Below, piece by piece: positions 30,802 through 39,185 of a stretch of 64,000 nt of DNA (the stretch's first letter is position 1; every line of letters begins with the position of its first letter). Source of the stretch: an uncultured Pseudomonadales bacterium (GTDB taxonomy: Bacteria > Patescibacteriota > Microgenomatia > UBA1400 > MFAQ01). The DNA lies in the NCBI GenBank assembly GCA_964487665.1, contig CAZARR010000003.1, positions 6,998 through 70,997 on the forward strand, read 5' to 3'. A program made the translations under genes and the position numbers. The notes beneath the pieces are model-generated. The model was not told the origin of the DNA, did not search any database, and saw nothing but the letters and a program-made list of their open reading frames with translations.

Positions 30802-31797
30802 TTAGCAACTTTTTCGGAGATATGTGCAAATATTACGGTTATGCTGCTCAACAGTTTGGGCGTAATGAACAACACCTTGGTTATCGTGAAGATAGAACCA
30901 GTTACTGGTGATAGCGGGATTTTTTGCTGCGATGAGACTGTCCTTCCCGGGGTTACCTATTGGACCGGGGGGTAGGCCCTGGTTAATATAGGTATTGTAA
31001 GGTGAGATAATTTTTAGATCTGCGCTGGTAAGAGAGTTGGGCCACCAAACACATTGCCGAAAGCGGCAATGGGAGCTGGCAAGAGCAAACTGGACTGTAG
31101 CGTCAATTTGGAGAGGCCAATTGTTAGCTAAACGATTGGCAATGATTCCGGCAATTTCCTTTTTTTCGGCTAGGTTTCCTCTGGATTCGCGTTCGAGTAG
31201 GGAGGCAACAATAAGCTCTTTTTTGGTGATAGGGGCGATTTTGGATGAGGAAATAATCTGTTCGTAACGAGATAGAAGAGCGGAAATGACTTCTTCAGCT
31301 GATGTGGCATAGGAAAAGTTGTAGGTATCGGGAAACAGTTTACCTTCGAGAGTGGAAGACTTTTGGATAAACAGGTCAACGTCGAAGTTGTTCTGGGGGT
31401 TTTGCTTGTGAAACTGATCAAGGAAAAGATTGGCGACTTCCTCGTGGCGTAGGCCCTCTGGAACAACGACGCGTACTTGTTTATCTATGGCTTTAGTTAG
31501 AGAAGTAATAATCTCAGGCGTCGATAGCGATGGCGAGAGATAAACAAAACCGGCTTTGATATTTTTTCCCTGACCGGACGCGATTAGGTAGTAACGAGCA
31601 GCAGCTGAGGAGCGAATCAGATTGTTTTGGCGAAGGATGGCGATGACTTGGCGGCTACTTTGACCTTGTTTGATTTCGATCTCAACTGGAATTGTGTTGT
31701 TTTTGTCGACGGGGGAAAGGACGGAATAAACAAAGATGAAAAGCAATATCGAGGCAATTACTAAAATGGTAGAGATCGAGCCAAGGAGGCGATTCAT
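30802..31797 (-). CDS. mltG: Endolytic murein transglycosylase MltG/YceG
   Basis: N-terminal TM; YceG signatures KLFPDTYNF and GLPPGPIGNPG. Confidence 0.85.
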   Translation of the reverse strand: MNRLLGSISTILVIASILLFIFVYSVLSPVDKNNTIPVEIEIKQGQSSRQVIAILRQNNLIRSSAAARYYLIASGQGKNIKAGFVYLSPSLSTPEIITSLTKAIDKQVRVVVPEGLRHEEVANLFLDQFHKQNPQNNFDVDLFIQKSSTLEGKLFPDTYNFSYATSAEEVISALLSRYEQIISSSKIAPITKKELIVASLLERESRGNLAEKKEIAGIIANRLANNWPLQIDATVQFALASSHCRFRQCVWWPNSLTSADLKIISPYNTYINQGLPPGPIGNPGKDSLIAAKNPAITSNWFYLHDNQGVVHYAQTVEQHNRNICTYLRKSC

Positions 31798-31800
31798 AGC

Positions 31801-32016
31801 CTAGACCTCTTCGAAAAGAGCTCTTCGATAGGATTTGTTTTTGTGGTGGTGCATAAATATGCGGCCACACTTACAAGTGACTTGGTCGTGGTCTGCAACT
31901 TTAGCTTTCTGTATTTTACCTTTGGAAAGCGCGGCACCACAGCCAACGCACTGACCTCTTGAAAGCAACCAGGATTGAATGGGGGCGATAAGATTTTTTA
32001 GTACAGTTGGTTTCAT
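31801..32016 (-). CDS. Hypothetical small zinc-ribbon protein (CxxC ... CxC)
   Basis: 71 aa; CVGCGAALSKG ... VTCKCGRIF; tightly packed between ruvX and mltG. Confidence 0.5.
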   Translation of the reverse strand: MKPTVLKNLIAPIQSWLLSRGQCVGCGAALSKGKIQKAKVADHDQVTCKCGRIFMHHHKNKSYRRALFEEV

Positions 32017-32039
32017 ATTTGATTGGCGTGTTTATTCTA

Positions 32040-32435
32040 TCATTTTTTACTATCTAGGTATTCTTCGAGAATAATAGCAGCCGAATTGGCGTGGAGCGAA
32101 GATTTGTAATGGCGGGGACTGACGTTGGCCCGGGCCAATTCTGAACTTGCCTGGTGAGAGCTATTATCCTCAGAATAAAGGACAAACTTGATAGTGGGAA
32201 AGTTTGTACTCAGACTGCGATGAAGATTCTGAGAGAAGCGGACTATCGGTCCCGATCGAGGTTGCCCAATGACAACAATCTGTGGATGATACTGGGTGAT
32301 GATTGAATTAAGCGATACAACCAAATGTTTTAGAGACTTTGATTCAATAGTAGATAGGGGCAGAGCCAAAAGGTTTTGGTTGGCTATGGCGACACCAGTG
32401 TGTGAAAGGCCGGGGTCGAGGCAAAGTATCGTCAT
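32040..32435 (-). CDS. ruvX: Holliday-junction resolvase-like nuclease RuvX/YqgF
   Basis: N-terminal ILCLDPGLSHTGVAIA (YqgF RNase H-like motif); 131 aa. Confidence 0.8.
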   Translation of the reverse strand: MTILCLDPGLSHTGVAIANQNLLALPLSTIESKSLKHLVVSLNSIITQYHPQIVVIGQPRSGPIVRFSQNLHRSLSTNFPTIKFVLYSEDNSSHQASSELARANVSPRHYKSSLHANSAAIILEEYLDSKK

Positions 32436-33223
32436 ATGTTTCTGACTAGATCCGCCTCGACAATTAGGCGTTTGAGACGAGTTCCTGGCGGAACGCAGGT
32501 TATTAATTTCAATTTTTTGTGGTCGTAAATTTGTCGTAGTACCCAGGTGTCGCTTGGTTTGACTTGGTAAACTTTGGTCACTTTGTAGGTATAAGTGTTA
32601 TTGTTAAAATTTGTAAGAATAAGGTCGTCTAATTTTACGCTAGGGAGGTAAGTAAAGATGCTCATATAGTCATTCGGTTTGGTAAGCTGGGGAAGGGTCG
32701 AGTGTCCGAAAATAACTGTGTCGCCAAATCCCCCTGGGAGCGCAGTGCCAGGGAAGTGGACAAGACTTTTGCCCAGATCGTCGCCGTTGATTGTGACGAT
32801 TGCTAGATCAAGCTTGAGGCTAGGTACGCTAATGGTAAAGGTCTTGAGATCTGTGGGGGGAGGGTTGAGTTGTGAGATCGTAGTTGGTTCTGAAGGAGGA
32901 ATGTTTTTGGCGGCAAACCAGTTACTGGCCTTGGTAAAGTCGAGGTCGGAAACCACCTGAGGGCCGTTTTCGGTATCAAGTGAGGGGAATGATGACGCAT
33001 CGACGATTGGTGAAAGAAGTCCAACGCGGGCATATCGATCGGTTGTGGGTGAGTTGGATCTGTCAGTGAACTGATACTCGACGATCGGCCAAGTCACACT
33101 GGCAATAATTGCTAAGCCAAGAGCAGAAATTATTATAGGTAGTAACTTTAGATAAAGCGGGAGAATGTGTCCAGGATAAGGATTTTCTGGTGTGGCTTTT
33201 TGATATGCGTACGGTTCATACAT
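32432..33223 (-). CDS. Sortase-family transpeptidase (N-terminal TM anchor)
   Basis: Catalytic His in VIFGHSTLPQ, TLxTC-type Cys in KLITCVPPGT, conserved Arg in RLIVEADLVR. Confidence 0.8.
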   Translation of the reverse strand: MYEPYAYQKATPENPYPGHILPLYLKLLPIIISALGLAIIASVTWPIVEYQFTDRSNSPTTDRYARVGLLSPIVDASSFPSLDTENGPQVVSDLDFTKASNWFAAKNIPPSEPTTISQLNPPPTDLKTFTISVPSLKLDLAIVTINGDDLGKSLVHFPGTALPGGFGDTVIFGHSTLPQLTKPNDYMSIFTYLPSVKLDDLILTNFNNNTYTYKVTKVYQVKPSDTWVLRQIYDHKKLKLITCVPPGTRLKRLIVEADLVRNI

Positions 33224-35333
33224 TGGTTTGGTTAGAAACTATTATGATTTTTATCCTAGCGGGGTTTCTGGGGAGATATTGATTGAGAATTGGTAGACTG
33301 GGGGTAATTTTTACAACGATTGACGAAACTCCGCTGGTGTTGTCGAATAGGGAAGGAATTTTGCTTACCGATTTCCCGGCGAGAACCGAGGGATATTGGG
33401 CAACATTAATATCCGGAACTAATTGCCCTTGGACGGCGGCTGAGGCTGTGTAGCTGTCATTGGTGATCTTTTTTATATCGTTTAATACGATAGTAGTTGA
33501 GGTCGGATCAAGTTTTTTTTGACTGTATTTGCCAGACACAATTTGTTTGGTTAAGTTGTTTATCAAATTCTCTGGGGAATAAACCAAGACTGGTACAGAA
33601 GCGGATAAGTTGAGAGAAAGTTCGTCTGACGCCTCGGATATTTTGGCAGAAAACTTTTTGGTGGTAATCTTGATATCTCCCGAGACACTTTTTGACTCGT
33701 TGTCATTTGAGGTAGATTCGCTATTTACTTTGGTGCTGACCTCTGCGAGCGCTTGTTCTTCGAGAGACTTGATGTCTCTATCAGAAACAGCTTTGACTGT
33801 TTTTGAAGATCCGCCGGAGAAATCCTTGTCGCAAATGGCAATTAGTGTGCTTTTTGGATATTTATCGACAGAAAATTGGGTGTCTTTGGGGAGGTTGCTC
33901 TCTGCGCCAATTTTGAGAGCGCTTACGGTAATTGCTGAACTACCAGGAGTGATAACAAAGGGTGGTTCAGGCTGGGAGGAGCTTGAGGCAATAAAAACTG
34001 AGTCGTCTAGGCTGAAGTCCTGGCCATTGCTGGCAGTAACTTTTGTTCCTGCTTTAAGTGCTATCAATTGACTTGAACGGTTGTAGATTGTGATCGTGCC
34101 CTTGGCTTTGTCGCCAACTACGGTTTCTCCCGTGGTGCTTATCTTTTTTTCCACATTTACGGTTAGAGTTTCTTCGCGAAGAATAGCTGAGCCGGCCTGA
34201 TCTTTGGAGAGATTAACAGTGACTGTTTGTTCGAGACTTTCTGGTTTGGTCTTGATGGTAATTTCTGCCCGAACAAGAGATTGGTAGAAAAGGAATAGAA
34301 TAGCAGGAATTATTGGCACGCCAATAAGGAAAAAATATTTAAGTGAAAGTTGAGGAAGACGAAGCCTAGGAAGAGACAGGCTAGGAATAAGCCTATGTTT
34401 AAGTGATGTTTGGGGTTCGGGTTGGTGAATAACAAGAGGTGTTGGAGGCAAAGGAGGTGTGGAATCGATTTCCGGCGATTTATTTTCCGATTCGACTTCG
34501 AACCCAAGGTCTTTGAGGGTTGCCTCGTTTACCGGAGTGACATCAGAAGAGGCGATTGTGCCATCTTCTGTTGTTGGGGTAGTGACAACATCTAGCCCAA
34601 GAGATTTGGCAGCTTCAGTGCCACCACATAGGGCAATAGCCTTGATGGAAAAATCACTATCAAGAACTTCAACCTTGGGAAGATGTAAAAAGTTGAGTTT
34701 TTCTAACCATGGATAAGAGATAATCTGTTGGCGTTCATTGTCTAAGTTGGAACCATTTGTCAAGATGAAACGGACAGGGAGGCGGTCGGCTCCAATGCGA
34801 ACCAGGGCCTCTTCTACGTCCTTGGCCAGGTCATCGGAACGACCCACCTCTTCTTGTCTTTCCACCTGTCCAACCCTAATTAGCGATACTACGGCTCGGG
34901 TGGGGTAAATTTCAATAAGAATAGCAGTGGGAGGAATACCATCCTGTTTTTTGAGCTGCTGGACAATAGCTTCGGTGATCGTTACCAAGCCAATGGGCTT
35001 GAGGTTAAGATCGTTGATAATCTTTTTGATCTGTGAACTGTAGTCAGTGGAAATTTTGTCACCATCGAGCCAAGACTCGGGTAGTCCAAGGATAACCCGG
35101 TCTGGTTCGCTGCCTAAGGTCTTGACTGCGTTGGTAAGTGAAATGTCTACACCATTGACCAAGGACTCGCTATCTTCCCAGGCTTCGTATGAACCGACAG
35201 CGATAATTTCCGGCTGGTTGTCTACAACTTTCCAAGAAGCTGTTTTTACTAAAGAGTCATGAATTTCTAGAGCTAAGAAAAACTCCTCGGTCTGAGTGGG
35301 GCTGTCTTTTTTAAATAGGCGTTTTATCTCCAT
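33216..35333 (-). CDS. Hypothetical bitopic membrane protein. N-terminal cytoplasmic domain has weak actin-like (FtsA/PilM/GspL-cyto-like) resemblance; single TM; Ser/Thr-rich beta-rich extracytoplasmic C-terminal domain
   Basis: 705 aa. Degenerate phosphate-1-like LALEIHDSLVK. TM YFFLIGVPIIPAILFLFYQSLV at about residue 335. No LPXTG. The domain assignment is tentative. Confidence 0.35.
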   Translation of the reverse strand: MEIKRLFKKDSPTQTEEFFLALEIHDSLVKTASWKVVDNQPEIIAVGSYEAWEDSESLVNGVDISLTNAVKTLGSEPDRVILGLPESWLDGDKISTDYSSQIKKIINDLNLKPIGLVTITEAIVQQLKKQDGIPPTAILIEIYPTRAVVSLIRVGQVERQEEVGRSDDLAKDVEEALVRIGADRLPVRFILTNGSNLDNERQQIISYPWLEKLNFLHLPKVEVLDSDFSIKAIALCGGTEAAKSLGLDVVTTPTTEDGTIASSDVTPVNEATLKDLGFEVESENKSPEIDSTPPLPPTPLVIHQPEPQTSLKHRLIPSLSLPRLRLPQLSLKYFFLIGVPIIPAILFLFYQSLVRAEITIKTKPESLEQTVTVNLSKDQAGSAILREETLTVNVEKKISTTGETVVGDKAKGTITIYNRSSQLIALKAGTKVTASNGQDFSLDDSVFIASSSSQPEPPFVITPGSSAITVSALKIGAESNLPKDTQFSVDKYPKSTLIAICDKDFSGGSSKTVKAVSDRDIKSLEEQALAEVSTKVNSESTSNDNESKSVSGDIKITTKKFSAKISEASDELSLNLSASVPVLVYSPENLINNLTKQIVSGKYSQKKLDPTSTTIVLNDIKKITNDSYTASAAVQGQLVPDINVAQYPSVLAGKSVSKIPSLFDNTSGVSSIVVKITPSLPILNQYLPRNPARIKIIIVSNQTNV

Positions 35334-37203
35334 CTGGGGCAGTTAATTGCAAGTAGATACGCCGAGTGTTGGCACCGAGTGACTCTTGACGCACCACCTT
35401 AATAGTACCAATTTCTTTGGTGCGCGTCACATGTGGTCCCCCACAAAGTTCTTTGGAATAACTTCCAATTGAAAAAACCGTAACTAAATTGGGATATTTT
35501 TGTTTGAAAAAGGCAAGAGCCCCTGAAGCGATTGCTTCATCAAAAGACATGGTAGTTGAAGAAACGGGGAGATTTTCGGTGATTTTTTGATTGATGGTGT
35601 TTTGAATTGAATCAATTTGATCTGGAGTGAGGGGCTTGTCGTAAGAGAAGTCGAAACGAAGACGATCGGCGGTAATATTGGACCCAGCTTGGTGGACAGT
35701 ATCCCCCAATATGTCACGGAGGGCTTGGTGGAGAAGGTGGGTGGCTGTGTGATACTTGGTGGTGACCTGAGAGTGATCAGCTAGTCCGCCCTTGAACATA
35801 CCTGCTGAAGCCGATCTTGAAGTGTTTTGATGTTTGACCATTTCGTTTTCAAAGTCGATTTTTTTTGGCGGTATATAACCTGGTTTGCCCGAGATTATTT
35901 CTTGGGTGACCTCGAAAGGGAAACCAAAGTTTTGGAATAGATTGAAAGCAAATTGGCCATTAATTTTATTGGCAGGGGTTTTTTCTATTAGTCGATAACC
36001 AGTGGTGAATACCTTGGCGAATTTCTCCATTTCCGTAGTAATGGTCGCCAAAGCGCTTGGGTAAACCCCAGATAGATAATTGGGGTATATGTCACAAACG
36101 ACCTGGATCAATTTGGTTAGGTTGTTGGCAAAGTTAGCTTCACCGGTCAGTTGGTAGACTTTGACGGCAGAGCGGCGCAAGAGTCGACGAAGAACATAAC
36201 CCTGTTGCTTGTTGCTTGGTTCGAGCCCTGCTGCGATCATAAACACTGAAGCTTTGAGGTGATCGGCAATAATTCGCATAATGGTCTGATCTCTTCCCTG
36301 GTATTTTTTACCCGTAAGTTGGGAGATCTGATTGATTATAGGCAAGAATAAATCGGTGAGAAAAATATCAGGATTGTTGTTGTGGGCGGCAAGTATTCTT
36401 TCTAGGCCTCCACCGAAGTCAACGTTTTTGTGAGGCAAGGCGGTGCAGGAGCCATCTGAGTTTTTTTGATATTCCATGAATACTGAGTTGCCTATTTCGA
36501 GAAAGTGTCCACAGTCACAATTGGGGTGACATTTTTGGCCGAATTTCGTATCGTGAGGTATATCAGTAAATTCGAAAAATATTTCGGAGCTGGGACCTCC
36601 TGGTTCTCCTGTGGGCATGGTGGTTGGAGTATGACCATTTCTAGCCCACCAGTTTTTTTTGGAATCGTAGTAAAAGATACGACCACCTGCCAACCCTACC
36701 TTGGCTGCGTTTTCGAGAGTATCGAGCGAGACAATTTCGGCATTTACGTTGTGCTGTTTAAAAAGTTTTTGCCACAGTTTTGGAGATAATTCATCTCTTG
36801 AAATATTGTTTTGAGGGTCGCCATTGAAAACGGTGACATATAGTTTTTCTGGATTTAGACCGACAATGTTGACTAGAAATTCAAAGATCCAAGTCAGCTG
36901 TTCTTCTTTAAAGTAGTCTCCCAGGGACCAATTACCAAGCATTTCAAATAGGGTGGTGTGGCGATTGTCGCCGATCTCGTTTAGATCTTCGGCTCGAAAA
37001 CAAACTTGCGAGTCGACTAACCGGACTCCCAACGGGTGAGTCTGTCCCAATAGATATGGCATCATGGGCTGCATACCAGAACCAGTAAAAAGGGTGGTTG
37101 GGTCCCCTTCGGGTAGTAAACTACTACTGGGGATGGGACGATGTTTTCTTGTTGAGTCGCAAAAAAAATCAAGATACTTTTGGCGCAATTCCTGTCCGGT
37201 CAT
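35311..37203 (-). CDS. alaS: Alanyl-tRNA synthetase, truncated form lacking the C-Ala domain
   Basis: Class II catalytic core (FTGSGMQP, FRAEDLNEIGDNRHTTLFEMLGNWS); editing domain HTATHLLHQALRDILG and CGGPHV; 630 aa. Confidence 0.9.
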   Translation of the reverse strand: MTGQELRQKYLDFFCDSTRKHRPIPSSSLLPEGDPTTLFTGSGMQPMMPYLLGQTHPLGVRLVDSQVCFRAEDLNEIGDNRHTTLFEMLGNWSLGDYFKEEQLTWIFEFLVNIVGLNPEKLYVTVFNGDPQNNISRDELSPKLWQKLFKQHNVNAEIVSLDTLENAAKVGLAGGRIFYYDSKKNWWARNGHTPTTMPTGEPGGPSSEIFFEFTDIPHDTKFGQKCHPNCDCGHFLEIGNSVFMEYQKNSDGSCTALPHKNVDFGGGLERILAAHNNNPDIFLTDLFLPIINQISQLTGKKYQGRDQTIMRIIADHLKASVFMIAAGLEPSNKQQGYVLRRLLRRSAVKVYQLTGEANFANNLTKLIQVVCDIYPNYLSGVYPSALATITTEMEKFAKVFTTGYRLIEKTPANKINGQFAFNLFQNFGFPFEVTQEIISGKPGYIPPKKIDFENEMVKHQNTSRSASAGMFKGGLADHSQVTTKYHTATHLLHQALRDILGDTVHQAGSNITADRLRFDFSYDKPLTPDQIDSIQNTINQKITENLPVSSTTMSFDEAIASGALAFFKQKYPNLVTVFSIGSYSKELCGGPHVTRTKEIGTIKVVRQESLGANTRRIYLQLTAPDGDKTPI

Positions 37204-37229
37204 ATGGCTAATTATAGCCCAAGAGCGCG

Positions 37230-37514
37230 CTAGTTTTCGAAATATTGAGGTTCTGGAAGCGGGGGGCGATAACCGGAGGGGGAAGATGGGCTATCTTGAA
37301 CAAGGGTTCCAACACGGGAAAGGGTTTCCTTGGTAGCATTCTTAATTTTGTCCGTTATCGGTGACTGGGAGAGTTCATCGAGAAAAGTTTTGGTGATACG
37401 TCGCCCTTCCTTGGTGCCCAACATCAGAGCCCCGATGGCTCCGAAGGTCAGGCCAAGCATAAAAACAGAAAAGGAATGGTCAATGGTGATCTCCTTAGAA
37501 TTATTCCCGGTCAT
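37230..37514 (-). CDS. Hypothetical small membrane protein (YtxH-like)
   Basis: 94 aa; single TM FSVFMLGLTFGAIGALMLG. Confidence 0.45.
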   Translation of the reverse strand: MTGNNSKEITIDHSFSVFMLGLTFGAIGALMLGTKEGRRITKTFLDELSQSPITDKIKNATKETLSRVGTLVQDSPSSPSGYRPPLPEPQYFEN

Positions 37515-37770
37515 GATTCCTGTTTAAGACGCTGGTGATAATCTCGATAATTTTCGAGGATTGACGTACCCCCTCTACCAAACCGGCGATTCCGGTAACT
37601 GGTGCAGCAAATTTTTGAATTGTCGCCTCGGCAGAATTGAGAACCTCATCAAAGCGAGCCAGCGATTTTTGCATTTGTTTAAGAATAATTACTACCTGGA
37701 TGCCGATTACCACAGCGACGAGGGTAAGAATGGTAATGGCAGAAGTAGAGATGATTTCGGGAATTGTCAT
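37501..37770 (-). CDS. Hypothetical small membrane protein (DUF948-like)
   Basis: 89 aa; N-terminal TM then a helical region. Confidence 0.45.
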   Translation of the reverse strand: MTIPEIISTSAITILTLVAVVIGIQVVIILKQMQKSLARFDEVLNSAEATIQKFAAPVTGIAGLVEGVRQSSKIIEIITSVLNRNHDRE

Positions 37771-37799
37771 GTGTGAGTTTAATTAAGCCAGTAGAGAGA

Positions 37800-38567
37800 C
37801 TAATTGTCAAATGATAGCTTGCGGCAGAGTAAAGCCATGAACAAAGGGATCTCGTGACGAGCGATATTTTCTGATTTGGCACGCGTACCCCTGCTAACAC
37901 GTCCGGAGGTCCATTCTTCGATGGTTTCCACGATAAATCCCGCTTGGCGGAGCTGCTCAGAATAGGTGGACAGAGCCAGGTGATATGACCAAGTAATCGG
38001 TGATTTTTTCTGGCCGGGATGGGTAAGTATGGGAATTTTAAGTGGTTGCAAATATCGATTTACAAAACGGTACTGAGTTTTGGTGTCGGGATTTTGACCC
38101 CACCCACTCTGGCGAGGAATTCGGAAACAAGGGTGGTTAATGACAACCAGGAATTTACCGGTAGTGGCCAGTAACCGAGAGGCATTTGCAAAAACGGCTT
38201 GTGATTGGTCGATGTTCTGTAGGGCCAATATGATTGCAGCGTGTGAAAATATCTGGTTGAGATTGAGAGGTTTGGTTACATCTCCGATATGGTAGGAATG
38301 ATGAGGTGACCGGTCTAGCTTTTTGGCTGTGGAAATTAACGATGGAGACAAGTCTATTCCAAGATATGTGTTTTGAGGGTTTATCGATCGGCCGAGAACT
38401 CCTTGGCCGCAAGCTAGGTCAAGAATTTTAGACGAGGAATCTATTCTAAGTAAACTAAGAGACTGAGGAATGACAACGTGTTGATGATAATAATGCCCCC
38501 CACGGGAAACGATTTGGTTGTACCACACAGAACTCGATTCCCAAGATGTAACTGAGTCGTTTTTCAT
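37800..38567 (-). CDS. Class I SAM-dependent methyltransferase
   Basis: Motif I ILDLACGQGVLG; Rossmann-fold pattern. Confidence 0.7.
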   Translation of the reverse strand: MKNDSVTSWESSSVWYNQIVSRGGHYYHQHVVIPQSLSLLRIDSSSKILDLACGQGVLGRSINPQNTYLGIDLSPSLISTAKKLDRSPHHSYHIGDVTKPLNLNQIFSHAAIILALQNIDQSQAVFANASRLLATTGKFLVVINHPCFRIPRQSGWGQNPDTKTQYRFVNRYLQPLKIPILTHPGQKKSPITWSYHLALSTYSEQLRQAGFIVETIEEWTSGRVSRGTRAKSENIARHEIPLFMALLCRKLSFDN

Positions 38568-39181
38568 TGGCTAATTATGACAATTGGAATTTTTTGGGAA
38601 TTGGATTGATGGTAACGGTTCGTCGAGACCACAACAATTTCTTTTATCAGAGGATCAAAGATAATCGTTTCTTTGAAATAACCGTGTGAATCTGGTTTGA
38701 CGGTGTTTGTCGAGTTAATTGTTATGATCGATCCGGGATCTGTTTTTCCCTCAATGGTTATATCCGGCCCGGTTACTGCTTGTGGTTCTGGGCGGACAAT
38801 TTCCAGTTTGGGTGGGGTGATGACGGCTCGGAATTGAAAAATTAGGTAACTCACGAAAACTAAAACCCCCACAAAAATGTAAATCATTGGTCCGGGTCTT
38901 TTGGCGAGCCCGAAACGATTCCGGAGAGTGAGATGCTGGGAGGGTGTATCTGTTTTAAAGTCGCGGCGATAAAGTGCAATTAGTGGTTCGGGTGGGGCAC
39001 CCAGCGCCCTAGCGATAATTTTTATGTAGCCTTTGGCTGTGGTATTGGGAATACGAGCAAATTGGTTTGATTCCAAAAGGATAAGTTTTTGGGAATCAAT
39101 CTTGGTTGTCTGTGACAGTTGATCAATAGATATGTTTTGAGACAGACGGGTTTTTTTTATTTCCTCCCCTACAGTCATCAT
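38564..39181 (-). CDS. RodZ-like membrane protein with N-terminal XRE-type HTH
   Basis: HTH region IDQLSQTTKIDSQKLILLESNQFARIP...GYIKIIARALG; TM IYIFVGVLVFVSYLIF; C-terminal extracytoplasmic domain. Confidence 0.6.
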   Translation of the reverse strand: MMTVGEEIKKTRLSQNISIDQLSQTTKIDSQKLILLESNQFARIPNTTAKGYIKIIARALGAPPEPLIALYRRDFKTDTPSQHLTLRNRFGLAKRPGPMIYIFVGVLVFVSYLIFQFRAVITPPKLEIVRPEPQAVTGPDITIEGKTDPGSIITINSTNTVKPDSHGYFKETIIFDPLIKEIVVVSTNRYHQSNSQKIPIVIISQ

Positions 39182-39185
39182 GGGG

